NCBI GenBank assembly: GCA_030141605.1
Contig: JAQGDQ010000088.1
Coordinates: 613,404 to 677,403 of the forward strand
From: Tubiluchus corallicola
Taxonomy: Eukaryota; Animalia; Priapulida
Direction: 5' to 3'
Length of the DNA stretch: 64,000 nucleotides
The notes below the pieces were generated by a model. The model ran no database searches. It was not told the DNA's origin and saw only the letters and a list, made by a program, of their open reading frames with translations. Shown one piece after another: positions 39,901 to 53,851 of the stretch. Each line of letters opens with the position of its first letter. The first letter of the stretch is position 1. The position numbers and the translations under genes are program-made.

Positions 39901-42900
39901 ACCAAAAAAGGTCATACTCAAATTCATGTGGCTTGTATTGGAACCCATTGCCCCTTACTCGTCCTATAATACTCTCTTGATGGAATTTTCTTTGCGGCCC
40001 TTGTAAGAGTTTTTTAGGTTTGTCAGCGCATATAGAAAAACTATGCCCTAAGAATACTCCTACAACATGAAGGTGATCACAACCAGCTACCAAGTCTTCA
40101 ACTTATTGACCTTTGAGAATCCAGGTACTTTTCCATCACCCATACAACATGGTTAGTGTATAAAAGATGGAAGAAAAGTATCACGGAACGTTAAAAGTAT
40201 TCCTCTACTAAAATGTTCTTTTTCAGCTCAAGGGAAACAGGATTAGTGGAGACGTTGTGACATTCAGTATGTACTTGCTCACCTTGTTGAGCTATCGTAT
40301 TGCTTTCTGGTAACTCATATGTTCAAATAATGCCATTGCTTCCGTTTTTACAAAGGCTGGCAATTTGCTTCCCATCATCCAAACTTTTCTTTTTGCAAAT
40401 TATACATTTATGTATGTGAGATTATGCAGTATGAAGAGCAAATGTATAAAATTCAGGTTATATTAAATAATGTAATTAAATTTTAAACAATGAATTCCAA
40501 ACTTCTAACATAAACTGTAATTAAAATAACTGAAAAAGGTAGAATATGTAAGCGATGTAATTCAACTAATGCAATGAAGTATACAGATAGGTCTTCTGGT
40601 GTTATGGTGTCAATATAATGCGAAATCACCTTGAAGTGGAAGCATCATGTTAAGACCTTGGGCAATACCTTATACCAAATAGGCATATTTGTTGTTGTTT
40701 TATGCAAACTTGTAATACCTGGTTTTGTAATAGTTAAAGAACTAAGGAATATATTATGACAGGTTTTTGCCAGCTTCTATAATAAAAATAAGGTAATACC
40801 ATCTGAGCATTGATATGTATTTATGAAAACAGTCCTGTACACATTATAGAACGCATACGTCAATGATTTTTCTAAATTCTTAACAAATATAGTTAACATT
40901 ACAAAGAAAATGGGCATAGATGGGTTCTTACCACACACCCCCCCCACCCCCGTGAACATCTTACTGATTATTTTGTTTATTTTTAAGTACTTTAGATGAA
41001 GGATGAACAGCATATAAATGCCATTAGTTATTAAATTATTATTTTAGTTATGGTGGCAAAAATATGCTTATCACATTCTCTGACCTTAAAAACAAGGGTA
41101 TGGATGTAATTTCAGCTACATTTAAGAACATTCTGCTTAATTACGTTGCGAAACTCATTTTTTGCTAAGGACAGAATAAGACGGATATTTTTCATTTCTA
41201 AGGTTCCAAGATTTTCTGACAATGTTAGAAATATCACAATTGTTTTCTTTGACCTTAAAATCGTAGGTGCACCCGCAGTTTAGCCTTTTTAGCACATTTT
41301 TGTTGAGTTATAATAAAATTCCCATTTTTTGGTAATGGCCGACAATTTTTTGCAGTTTTGAGGATTTCCCATCAATTCGTGTGTGGTAGATTTTTGGCAT
41401 GTTAATCAGCATGTTTTTCTGAACTAAGTACAGGTGAAAACATTTTTGCTGCAATTTGCCCATGCGATATATTTGCAATATGACCTAAGAATGAGCTAAA
41501 TTTACTGAACTGTCCTTGCTGACTTAGTTTAGCCCAAGCTCAAACAAAAACAATAAGACTGATGATTCACACGAAGCCAAATCCCACCCAAAGGTAGCAT
41601 TTGTCCCAAAACTCAACATGCACTAATTCCCACAATGGTTTTTCAATGGGCAAGTTTTAGATAGACACAGTCAAGATGAAGGGTTAAAATATCAAGCACT
41701 TTTAATAAACTCACCAGACTTTGAATATGATCCAGCTGCATATGATCCTCCAAGTGGGCTCATGGCAAAACAAGAAATGATCCCAGACTGACCTTTTGAC
41801 TTTGGACCTATTGGAGTAGTAACAGCATCATTAACATGTAACATCACCTTTTCAGTTTGGCCTCTGCATTATTTGGATGATACCAGATTTGTTCGCTGTA
41901 CAAAAATAAAAATTAATTCTGTACAATGTACATGCAATAGTTTTTGTAATAGTACTTAATAGCTTCTTAATACTACCAATGATCATGAACAAAAAACTAC
42001 CAAAAAACAAAAAAAAAGTTGTTACTTCAAGACATTTTGATCGCCTAAATAATCATGTTTACATAAATGATTTTAACAAAGTATCAACAAATACCAATTC
42101 ATATGAAATAAAAGCGAAAAAGTTTGACTTTCCTTAATATAAAGTACAACAACATGAAAATAATCATAATTACACATGGTCTCTGTTGCATTTAAATATT
42201 ACTTTGACACTTTTGTATTAAAGACAAAAATATTAAAAGTCTAATTTCTACAATGTACACTTTTTATTTTCAAAGTAAGAAATCTGAAAAATAAAACAAG
42301 TTGCCATTGAAACATTCTGTGTAGTTACTGGATCTGCTGAATTAAAAGCAAAGACTATCATTTATTATGGTGATACGTCTATTACTGTAAGGTTTTCTTC
42401 AAAAGCATATTTACCAGATGTTGGTCGTTCTTCACAGTCTTTGCCTGGTTTTGTAATATCAAAGACACGAATCATTTTATTAGAGCCACAGTAAAGATTA
42501 GTTCCTTCCAAATCAAATAACAAGCTGTGTGCAGGAGCTAATTCATCCTGTGAAAGTTTCAACAAATATAATAAAGTAAAAAATTGCAAAAACAGGTGGA
42601 AATATTAAATGGATGCATTCAAAATGGGACATATGTATGCAACAAATCAGTATTTATTTTTGTAGGAGAATTCTTAACGAAGAAAAAAATAAGATCAGAT
42701 CAGCAATGTTATTGATCACATAACTGTTAAAGCAGCCCACAAATCGTTAAAAAGATGTACCAGTGTGAAACTCAAAAGCAAACATAATTCTGTAATAAGG
42801 ATAATGTGCAACGATAGCATTTACTTCAATCTTACAAGATGATTGTATGGTCTGTATGTGCACCTCAGCTCTCCAGTAAAGGCATCCCATAAATGAATTG

Positions 42901-44562
42901 GGCTATCTCGACAAGTTGAAGCAAAACTGAAAAGATATTTTAATTATTTAATTTGAACTGATACATATCTAGTAACAATATGCTTTTTTGAAAATACGTT
43001 GTCATACAAGAATCAACATATTCCATACAAGACGGGAAAGTAAATCTCCTTTACTTGTAGAATTAATGCAATCATAAAAACCATGCAAGATAAAGAAAGT
43101 CCTTGCTTAATGATGCTCTGACTAGTGATGAAGGTTTTAAATACAATGAGAGTTTGCCACGCTTCTTCACTAAATTGTTTTGCTTGAATAGTATAAAGCA
43201 AAAAGAACTGTGCTATTTGCATACAGAAGTTAAAGAAGTATTTCATTACGCTTCAAGAACTAAAGAAGTAGCAACAAAATTATCTGTATTTTTTAATTTG
43301 ATGCAGTCACTCTATCACCATGACAGTACATTTAATAAACAACAGTATATAAAAGTAAGCAATTTAAAATCCAAAAAACTATATGATTTACGTGGGTCAA
43401 GCATTACTGATCTTTTTGCGGAGCAGAGCATTGACATTGGAAAGTATAGCTTTATTTGTTGATATTTCATTTAAAAGGTATATACTGCAAAAAAGAACAT
43501 AACAGAACGACTTTAGAGCACTTATACGTAAAGAAACACCTAGAACAAAAAGCTCATATTGTTAGCTGTACATGGCAAATACTACAAGTAAAAATCACGA
43601 AGCAGTGTTCATTAAAAAAATCACTTTGTCTTACATGCACGAGGAAGGATCCAATGAGCACATAGCTGGGTACCAAGCATAATCATAGACTAGTTCCACT
43701 TCTTTTACAATCAACACTGATTCCTAAAAATGTGCAAATGAACATGTAAAATAATCGTCATTTATTTGTATCTAATTAGAATAGCTGTCCAATTAAGGAT
43801 TTGTACAAAAGCTGGCCCTTAAATTTTTTTTGCTTTACATACACGTACAAGTTAAGATAAGACAGCATTAACTAAAAATAAAAATTTCGTTATCTTTAGG
43901 ATGACGAAAAACTTACTATCTAATAATTTCTATCCCTATTATCAGCCTTATTTGTAATATCATGAATAACAGACTAATCCCATCCTTAATCAATGTACTT
44001 CCCATGTTTTAGCCCATAGTTAGCCCATAACACAATTACTTTTTGAAACTTGCTAAAGAATGTGAACTGTTTTTTTCTAGAATTGCCTATCAGGTACCTA
44101 TGTCATTGCACCAGAATAATTATGCTTCAGTAAACCAGAAGATTAATAAAAGGAGCCAGATGACACTTTTACAGTGGTCTTGCTTGCAACAACATACATA
44201 GACTCAAACTTCACTACTATCTCAGCTGCTATGGACAAGCAAAAGTCGTATGTTGCTTGTTCTCTAAACCAACACGACAAAATAGAGCGGAAAAATTCCC
44301 TACAAATTTAACTTAAAAAAGACATTCATAAAACAAAGACTTTATACCATTTCCAACAAAGGCAGAGCTGCTGGATGTTGATTGGAATAAAGTTCAGTTG
44401 GTAAATTAAAAAGTCTAAGAATGTGATCTTCACTATTCGTTAAGATACAACTGCCATCAGGAGCCCTAAAAATGAAAAATGTGCAGTGATTTACTAACTA
44501 AAAAACTATATAATTCCATTAGATTAGCAGATTCAATATTAACGTAACTCTACACTCTACTG

Positions 44563-44594
<32 letters not shown>

Positions 44595-46466
44595 GTAGCC
44601 TAAGCTTAACACACACGCACGCACGCGCGCACGCACACACTCACACACAAACACATATATACATCTGATAAAACACAGAAGGCAAAAACTATTAATTTTC
44701 TTGCTGTTGATGTTAACTTAAGCTTTTACAGCTTTACTTAGATCTGACTTTGTCATAACCTTTTGCCCTTTGATTTTCACATTCACATAAAAATAGAAAT
44801 TCAAACATAAATAGTCTAGCTACTAAGTATGAAAATCAAAACAAGTTTTTGACGCTTTACTGATAAAATGGCCTTGGAGCAAAGTTTGGAGCAATAGCAT
44901 CAATTAATTTCTAGTACAGGTCTGGTTGGATCTAAATGGATAAACAAAATGAAAAGAGTGACATAAATTTGTAGCCAGTCCTCAGTATGAATCACATTTT
45001 CAAAATTCTCGTTCAGAAAAGTACAATACCAATAAAAAGTACAGTACAATATTAAAACATAGAGTTTTACCTTAACTCGATATTCGTATCATATTCATTT
45101 TATGGTAAGAAACCTCACTAGGCTTGGTGCATTCGCATTACCTATTTTTTACATACTATTCAGATCACCACTAAAATGATCAATGTAAATGTGGTCACAC
45201 TTTTCAGATTTCATATTAAATGAGTGCATAAAAAATATGCCTCAAATGCCCTACCACTTGCACCCTTTCAAGAAGTTATTGTACTTAGCAGAACTGTATT
45301 CTCTCCAAGATCGACAAACTTCTCTTGGTTGTTTAGAAATATCAATGCTAGGAATTCTGAAAGGCAAAAGTCATGTCAACAAAACTGTAAGCATGAGAGT
45401 AATTAATAAAAAAAACAAAGCTAACACTTTAAAAATTTTAGTTGGCACATTCAGCTCGAATGATCTATCACACTTGTGTGTACAATTTTTTCTAGAAACA
45501 TTACGAGTGTACACTTCTGTCAATCAAGCAATTAGCTTCTGCAATTTGTAAGGTATAAATTCTCTGAAAAACTACTAAGCACGAGTCAACATATAAATGG
45601 AAGCTGTATAACTGGCTTCATTAACTTCTTCAATACCTGCCATGTAGCTGAGATTCATCTGTATCTTCCCATTCCATAGGTTCAAGAGTAGCATTGCTTT
45701 GAACAAAAACTGATGGAGGTTGAAAATCTAGTTCATTTTCCATAGTAGCATTTACTTGTATTGATTCTGTTGTTGTTATATCACTCTTCAAAAAAGCTTC
45801 ACTATCAATATTACTTTGATTAGTTACACAGCCGGCTTGGTCACTAGCACATGCATCTGTAAAACCTTGCGATGAACACTCACTTAATAAATGTAACAGT
45901 ATTACCTTCTTTTTACTCAATATGCTCTCAAAAGTATCAGTTTCTTCACTGTTACTGCACTTCAACAAATTAATCTTAACAGATTCTTCATCTTCCACCG
46001 AATTTACAATTTCATTAACAGATTTAGTCAATTCTGTTTTATTAAGAATGTTATATCTATCAGAAGAATTTGCAGTTTCAGGAAATACACCTGATTCCCT
46101 CGTGCTCATGTCATCACCATTATTTTCCGTTTTCTTGAATTTGATCACTTGGTTTTCACTTGGTGTGTCAAGAACAACACATGCAGAACTGGTTGCTCTA
46201 GTCAATTCAGGTCTAACTGGTGTGCCATCATTTGTTACAGCATTAGTTGACGTAGTTATCATATTTTCTGTCTTACCCATTGTTAACGATGCAACAACTT
46301 CAGACTTTGGCAAGTTTTTTTCCGTATATACAGTGTCCATGAATGTTTTGTTTTCTTCAACAACACTCTGCATGTTATTTTTGATGGATTTTGCATTTGG
46401 TAAAATGCACTTCTCTTCATTAGACAAAAAGTTGCCGTACACTGACTTATCATTCATGGGTTCCAT
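33993..46466 (-). CDS. WRAP53: Telomerase Cajal body protein 1 (WRAP53/TCAB1/WDR79), WD40 protein, ~667 aa, 11 coding exons
   Basis: Phase-consistent GT-AG exons: 46466-45637, 45356-45255, 44465-44348, 43723-43635, 42926-42836, 42547-42415, 41807-41715, 38399-38281, 36751-36648, 34644-34489, 34161-33993. Diagnostic motifs: [80 protein letters not shown]. Start codon slightly uncertain: the frame stays open up to the acceptor at 46511. Confidence 0.96.
34880..35332. mobile_element. Long-hairpin (foldback-type) MITE in a WRAP53 intron
   Basis: Left ~180 bp (TAGTCCATTTTT...GAAGAAAATATTATC...TTTCGACTCCTCTT) is imperfectly complementary to the right ~180 bp (AAGAGGAATCGAAA...GATAATATTTTCTTC...AAATTGGACT), with a ~95-bp loop. 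Confidence 0.75.
35430..36090 (+). mobile_element. Degenerate Helentron-like non-autonomous element with duplicated 3' hairpin
   Basis: CCTTTGACCCAAGGTCAA and CCAGGTTTCATGATTCTAG motifs; terminal hairpin GATTCTGCTAYATGCRGAA present twice (~36020, ~36064). Confidence 0.4.
36790..37375 (+). mobile_element. Decayed LINE ORF1 fragment, antisense within a WRAP53 intron
   Basis: Stop- and frameshift-interrupted peptide with coiled-coil character, [10 protein letters not shown] and [23 protein letters not shown], resembling CR1/L2-group ORF1 motifs (NNLV..NVPE; IRPDLT..QR). Confidence 0.5.
38905..41510 (-). mobile_element. Fossil DNA transposon with Academ-like (XPG/PIN-type) coding remnant, in a WRAP53 intron
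   Basis: Intronless, stop-riddled minus-strand peptides ~40380-38905, including [36 protein letters not shown], and [26 protein letters not shown] (EADT...DxxDTD motif). The subterminal-like non-coding end near 41500 is approximate. Confidence 0.55.
44563..44662. repeat. (TA)n and (CA/CG)n microsatellites
   Basis: Directly visible. Confidence 0.9.
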
Positions 46467-48462
46467 GTTTAAAGACGACAATTCAACAGAATTTATCAGT
46501 CCTTTTGGATGCTAAAAATTGTTTTTTTCAAGTTCACACAGTTATTAAAAAAACAAAATATTAGCTAAAAAGCAGATGCAGATTTAAGAACACTTGATTC
46601 TTTCTAAATAATGCATTGCTTGATTATAATACACTTTTATGTGACATGCGCCTAAACCTACATAGCATAGGTAAGAGCGAATATCTTCTACGGATAGAGC
46701 CACGGCTAACCCTGGGCGACCTCTTCAGTTGTCGTTGTGAGTTTATTATCAATTTCAAGCTTACAATCAGTAAAAATTGGTCCATGATTTCTTTAAAAAA
46801 AGTGAGCGAAAATCAACGTGTGTACCAGACTGGCTCTGGGCTTGAGACAGGTGGTTTAAAGCGGTCAATAGAAACATTTTTGCTGTACTTATAGCAAAAC
46901 ATTTAGGATTTTTACTACATGTTTAGACATTGGACATTCATAGGGTGCTGCTAATGGCTAACGGATTCGCCCATACTGTATCATTCATTCATTCACTATT
47001 TTATTTACTAAGTACATTCATAGTAACCATTACAGCATAGCACTTCAAAATACTTTAATGAACTGGTAATAAGAAATTATGTATCCAAACTTAGTGCATA
47101 AGGTAATCAAACTGCTCATGAAGTAATTATTTGTTGTGAGCATCCCAAATAAATGCGGATTGAGGAACAAAAAGGAGGAGTAAGGAGGCAGAAAAGAAAA
47201 ATTGAAGGAGAACAGAAAGAGAGAAAGATGTGATGGTAACAGTATGACGTGTGCATAGTACATAGTACACCAACAGTTTCAGCAACAACAGTAGTATTAT
47301 TTGGTATATGCTTGATTTCATCCATATTCTTGAAAATGTAGGCCATATGGATCCTACTCTAAATCCTTGATCTTTAAAATCTATATCGAGATTCTAAATA
47401 TCTCCAGCAGAACATGCAGTATAACTAATATGTTACACAACAGGCTACGGTCATTTGCTAGTGTCGCTGGTGTTTTTAAGCATCAAAGTGGCTTTTTCGA
47501 CTTTAAATAACAATAACAGATTTGTTGATTATTTACACACACAAATACAAATCATCATCGCATCTACTCTAACAATTAAGATATGGCCTATATATACTAG
47601 GCATATCGGTCTTATCAACAACCATCTTATCGGTCATCTTGAAAACAGCGGCCATGTTGAAAGATTTTCGATAGGCCCACACTCAAAATTAATCTCCTTA
47701 ATGGCTTATGACATTTTACAAAGTTTCACAACTTTAAGGCGAAGTTATCAATTTTTCACCATTCTGCCGGTATATAAAATATTATGTCTTCTGGTTTTTG
47801 GACTTTAGTTGACTATTTTTTGCATCCATTTTGAAGTCTAGTAGCAGCTTTTTAGATTCACCAGGTCGAATTGATAAAAGTAATTTGCTTTTTGTTTTTA
47901 TAGGCCTAATAAATCTTTAAGGCGATGAGCTAATATAATTAAATGAATGGCATGATTTCCTTATGTACGACGACACTTTGAAAACGGCAATATTTTTTAA
48001 GCAACCGAAATGGATTGCTTGCGTACAATTATGAAAAAGGGCTTCGTAATCGCTTCCTAACGTTATTCGATCTCTGGTAATCTCTTTTGATTTATATATT
48101 TGTGCAAAAACTTGGTGGACATTTTGTTTTTTGCTTTTTGACGCTTTTTGCTAATTTTTCAGGCGGGCAATAGTTTTTTAAAATAGTCAAATTGATAAGA
48201 CTGACTATGTTGCCCACTTTTAGAAAAAAATCGTCCCCAGAACTCAATAGAAGTGTCTTCTATTCTTCAGTCTAAAGTAGCACGGCAATAGTGCTACGAT
48301 CCTGGGTACCTGTATAGCTCATAATCAACAAGACTATGTGATCTGTATGAACTTTGTACTTCAGAAAATCGCGAGTAAATAAACCTTTTACCGCTTATGC
48401 TGATAAGCAAGTCTTATGCATCACGGCAGCGGTCCTCGTATTGTGCGTGATTTTATTACACT

Positions 48463-51400
48463 ATGGGAACAAAAGACGCATCATCCTCAAGGTGGACTTA
48501 CTTGTATAATAAAGAAAATGGCACAGTATTAGGAAGAGATCGCAAAGCATGGGGTAAGTTAATGTAGAGTCACTTGTGTGAAATGTTTGGAACACGATCA
48601 TTATATTTTCATAATAATATATTTTTATAAGTTCATTATACGTAATAATAAATTAATCTTTTCACTCTTTTTTGTCGCACAGGAGTAACGTAAGTTATGT
48701 ACTTATGTGACATCCAGTAAATAAGTATTCTTCGCGGTTACATTCATTCTAGGGGTATTCTATAAACCTAGACCGCTTAATTTATGGAAAGAGATATTGT
48801 GGTTGAGGTATCTCTACCGGATCAGTGGTGCAGTGAGCTAGGATACAGTCAGGTCACAAACCTCTTAGTACTTCCTGGCATGAATAAAAAATAAATATTA
48901 TTAATTTACGACGCGAATAAAGCCATTTGAAAGTTTTTTTAGTATTAGTATTTAGCTTTAGTATTTGATTGCAGAAGACATCGAGAAAAGCCTAACTTAA
49001 TACCATTCTACGTTCAAAGGCAGTAGCTGCGTGATATAAAATACAATTATAAAAACTTAATAAGTGTTACTACTAACTTCACGGTGGGACATCGTGACTG
49101 TTGTTATGAGAGTTCTTCATTTTTCCTGGCCTCTGCCCATCGAACGTGACCAAAGAAACTACAATTGCTCACGCTGTGCGTAATTTGCAGCCATCGCACA
49201 TTATAATTTACCTTCAAGTTAGTAACAATATAGCCCAACAATTCTTTTTCAGCACAGCTAATTGGATTTTTCACCATCTTTTACTCCTGTCTGGCGGGAT
49301 GGTTTGCGATTCATCTTTTAGTATTTCAGACTACTTTAGATGACGTCGTCCCAAAATATTATGGAATAACCAGTATTCTTGGCGGAAACCCGGGTAAGAC
49401 TATTAATGCTGCATCTAGTCAATGTTTTTAAAAACATTAATGGGGAAATTTGCACAGAGTCTCTGACATTTAACTGACGTCCGTACGAGCCGGGGCGGGG
49501 GGGGGTTCCATCAAATACGTGTTATTTATGCAATCACCAAATCTTTTTGGGCACCGGCCAAATGTTGAAAAAATAAAATAATATTATTATAATATTATCG
49601 TGTATGCCAACGCGGTGATTGAAAATGACATGGGCAGAATCATCGATACCTTTGCTAGTCGTAAGAATCGTAAATGTCATTTGTTTTGAATCACGCATGC
49701 AGTCATAGTCATCACGGCTTAATGTGAACTTGGTTCCTTTGCTGCTCTGTTACACACCTGTATGTATGGACTTTCGAAATTTTTTTGTCTCTTCTGATTT
49801 GTTTCTATGATTATGGGTGATGATGGTCTGTATATAGTCCTATATGTGCCAAATCAATCAATGACAAATTATCGTCACAGCTGGATATTCAAAATTATCC
49901 AAGATTTTGAATAACTATGCGAAGAACCAGGAGCATAGAACATAGTATAGAACATAACAAATTTGTACATAGAACAGTTCAAATCTAGACTTGTGTGGTA
50001 ACTATTCGCATGTCTATGCTCGCTAGAATAATGTATGTGTGTGATGAATGATGATGATGAATATGTGCGATGATGGTGGTGAATAATACACCATTTTGTC
50101 TCTGTATATTTTAGTTTATTAGCAAATTTATAACGCATTATCTGGTCAGGTTTTGCCAGTCCTTTTTTTGGGTTGGCGCTGTATTTTTCGGGCAAAAGTG
50201 GCTGAGCCCTCTCCCTGAAAAAATCGGGCCGTACGCCTATGCGACCCCTGACACTGGTCATCCGACTCGGTCCGCTGGTCTCTCAGTCTGCGAGACTCTT
50301 CATCTTTCAGACACCAGCGCATTACCCAGTCTCACAGTCTATCACAGATTACATTAGTTATGGTCTTTCCCATTATTTCCGTGAGATACCCGTGAATTTT
50401 AAGTTGAAACTAATTTACTAATAGGTCAATTTGCTGGCGAATAATAGACCGGGAAGGAATATGTGCAGGCTTACAATTTTGTTTGTTTTACTATTTTAGT
50501 GAGTACACCGATGGCATGTTGACGTGTCAGTGAAGTGAACCTAACTTGATGCACTTTTTAAGGTCTTTAAACAAAATAAACAACATTTTTGTAGGCAATG
50601 ATAATAACGACGAATATAAAGCAAGAACATTTTTATTTCCAGCAATGGGGTTTCGACCTCGTCCCGAGTACGATGTGGCAGAGTTCAGGTTTAGACCAAC
50701 TAATCCAAACTCGTGGCAAATATATAACAAATCACTAACAGACTTTGTGGCTAGTAAGTTCGCCATATGATTTGTTTTAATTCTATAGGTCGAATGCCCG
50801 ATGAGTTAATTAAAGAAGCTTTTATAGCTTTCAAGTGCACCGCTATAAATCAGCATAATTTACACAGAATTTGTTTGGCAGTATTAAAAACTGCAGGTTA
50901 AAAACTTATTCTTCAACTTTGGAAGGTACTTGTAATTACATGTAATATTTAGGGAATAGTTTGTCCGGTGTAGTAATTAATTTAAATTGTTTAGTTGGTT
51001 GAACCTACATATCTGTAGTAAATTCTACTAGGCTTTCGTGGAGAATCTAGCTGCTGCTGTTTTTAATTACATGTGTACATGTTTATAAAGCAATACTAAA
51101 AAGAATTATAAGGCTTAATTTTTGCTTTTACAAGCGAGGATAGTAAGCTATTGTCTTCACTGTTGCAGAATATGATATAGATAACCAACAAGGTGAGGAC
51201 TTTGTTACTTGTACAGAGTACCCTCCAGCTGATAAAGTTTGCAGGTTCATCCCAGCTGACTTTTTACCTGACGAATGCACACCTGAGCATGGTTTTGGAT
51301 TCAGCGAAGGAATCCCTTGCTTAGCTATTACTCTCAATAAGGTATTTATTGTAAATTAAACCACCTTTTTGCATTTTGCTCATACAACATGTGTGTACAC

Positions 51401-53851
51401 ATTAACTATACAGTTCGGCTAAAGATGGTTTCCCCTGTGAAAAAATAATATTGTGCCCTGGTAACATATACAGTTACAGCGACAGACCACCCGGTGTGCT
51501 TTTTACCGAGCATAGTAAAATCGAAAGCAAGTATTTCACCTGCTCTTGCATGAGATGACGGCGTCACGGCACCATGACGCTCCTAAAATTTTTAATTACA
51601 GTGAATGTATAAAGCGTATTTACCGCACGTCTGGAATACGTTATGCGTAAAAATCACTTTATATTATTTTCAATTAACCCGTTTATCAGACATCCGTTAT
51701 TGCATTATTTATTCTACAGCTATTCTTATTAGATTTTTTATACGTATCATTTGGTATGTTCATTCTACCAATTGAAATTAAACTTGTACAAATTTAAATT
51801 CTTTTAGAATGAAACTACAAACTCATCTTTTTAAGCGACAGTTTAATGCATAAGTTGCAAATGTTTTGTGGATTTTTGTTATGATTGATAAATAAGTTTA
51901 ATTAAGCATTTTAGTATTTTTATCTAAATTACTTTAGTTGTACAGCGCCTTTGAAAAAATAAAGAAAGTTTATTTTACATAATTATAAATACATTATGAT
52001 AATTATCATCATTATTATAATTATATACGCAGCTGGATACGCAACAACGCATAACGCATTCTGGAAGTCTGGTGATTATATTATAAATTTATTCGTTTCT
52101 TAATTTTACTGATTTTTTTGTTGTGAATTTATCGTACATTGTTCTCGAATTTACCGACATAGCAAAACTTTCTGAACCTGTTTACGTAAGGTTTTGCGTA
52201 AAAACATAGACAATAGGTCTATATAATACAAGTTATAGGTGTAAATGTCTTACTGTACTCTGCTTATTTATTGCGTAATTATAACAAATCAAAGCACCTT
52301 GCATTATAAATGAATAGCGCATGCATAATTATGGTTTATATGGTGATTGTGTGATTTTATGAGGCCCGGGGATCTTAACTCTGTGTAGTAGTATGTTGAA
52401 TCGATCCCTGCAAGTAAAGTAATACATTTGTCCACGGCTTTTCTTGAATTTGACATAAATCGGAACTACTCTCACTGATCTGCCATTCATTTCGCACATT
52501 TCATTACCATTGTTACAAGAATTGTAACTAAACAAAATCTCTTGCATTGTTACTAAACAAAAACTCTTGTATTGTAAATGTACTTATTGATGCATATAAC
52601 ATGTTAGCAGAGAAACTGCTTGTGTGGTAAAACAGAGATAAGATATTCATTTATTTTTTCAGATCTATGCCTGGATTCCTGATATCCATGATGATGAAAG
52701 TTTTCATAAATTGATCACAAATGGCGCAGATCCAGACGCTGTACCACCACAAGAGTTAATAGATAGATTCGAAGAACATGCTGATCAGCGAGACGTCGTG
52801 TGGGTCACATGCAAAGGAAAAGTATACAATTTCTATACATTTTTTTTCAATTTCGTAGGTCAAAGCACGTAATAGGTATCTGCCAAAGTGTTGGTTTTGT
52901 TATGCATGCTCACCATATATACTTATCATAGTTCATGTGATATAAAAACTCTGCCGAGTGGGTGGCCAATCTTCTCAACTGCTAGTTATGCAACTTGGAT
53001 TATTAGTTTTGTTGTTTCCTAAAACCGTTGGTCTGTTAACAATTTGGCAAAACCTTTTGTTGACCAGAGCCTAATATACTTCATGATCAATAGTGGCCTA
53101 ACAATGAGTAACGGACTCTGAGTAATCTGGTAATCACCACTGAGAAACAGAGACCTTTTGCGGTGCGAATTGGGCTGCAAAGTTAAGCAGCAATGGATCT
53201 AGCCGCTAAAAGGATGGGCAACCACGGGTGAAACTGTTTCTGGTCAGTACCATTTGTCATGCTGTCTATAGCTTCTTTCCACGACATCCAGCCCTGGTTC
53301 ATCTTAGATTATTGTCAATAATTAATGTTAGATTACTACCAGGCAGAGATGTAGTTATAGTGTCAAAAGTAGTGAATGGAGAGCCTAGTTAGTGCTACTA
53401 ACTACTACTATTATATAAACCTCTATAATGCTTAAACTACAATTTACTATACCAGTGAGAACCTAACTTTATCACAAGTCGAACGACATGCGTATCTAAG
53501 TGCCATATATTACGTTATATAAACGAAATGAAATTTGTGTAATCACATTGACATTTGCGCTGTCCAATTACACTAGGGCATTAATTTAATTACTTCTTTC
53601 AGTTTCCCGAAGACGATGAAAATCTGGGCGGAGCAGAGTACTACCCAGACTATGGTGGCTATGAAAAACATTATTATCCATATGTAAACCACCCTTTATA
53701 CAAGCAACCGTTTGTTATGGTTCGTTTTCCCAATGTGACAAGAGCCGCGACAATCAACGTTGAATGCAGACCTTGGGCAAAGAACATAGAAACAGACAGA
53801 ACGGATCGTCGTGGTTTAGTTGATTTTGAACTTTATATTGAAGAGGATTAA
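48463..53851 (+). CDS. ATP1B: Sodium/potassium-transporting ATPase subunit beta (nervana/ATP1B family), 307 aa, 6 exons
   Basis: Exons 48463-48553, 49253-49393, 50643-50753, 51169-51341, 52663-52821, 53603-53851 (GT-AG, in phase). YLYN...VLGR...W N-terminus; single TM (LIGFFTIFYSCLAGWFAIHLLVF); NPAMGFRP; six ectodomain Cys; PCLAITLNKIYAWIP, YYPY...YKQPFVMVRF, VECRPWAKNI, RGLVDFEL. Confidence 0.95.
49475..50241 (+). mobile_element. Internally deleted hAT element in ATP1B intron 2
   Basis: 3' end ...GGGCCGTACGCCTATG; degenerate 5' end CCGTACGAGCCGGGGCGGGG; internal remnant ANAVIENDMGRIIDTFASRKNRKCHLF* (~49606-49689) resembles a hAT transposase C-terminus. Confidence 0.6.
51614..52078. mobile_element. 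PIF/Harbinger-like MITE (same family as 59766-59948)
   Basis: TTTACCGCACGTCTGGAATACGTTATGCG at the left vs CGCATAACGCATTCTGGAAGTCTGGTGA at the right. Confidence 0.55.

Noticed and set aside
45922-46515. 197-aa plus-strand ORF
   Set aside because: Antisense shadow of the long WRAP53 coding exon; no start or splice context and no recognisable motif.
13307-53851. Minor-spliceosome (U12) or non-canonical introns, and intronic sno/scaRNAs
   Set aside because: All assembled introns are ordinary GT-AG without the GTATCCTT signature; no snoRNA or scaRNA could be recognised by eye (an Infernal/Rfam scan would be needed).
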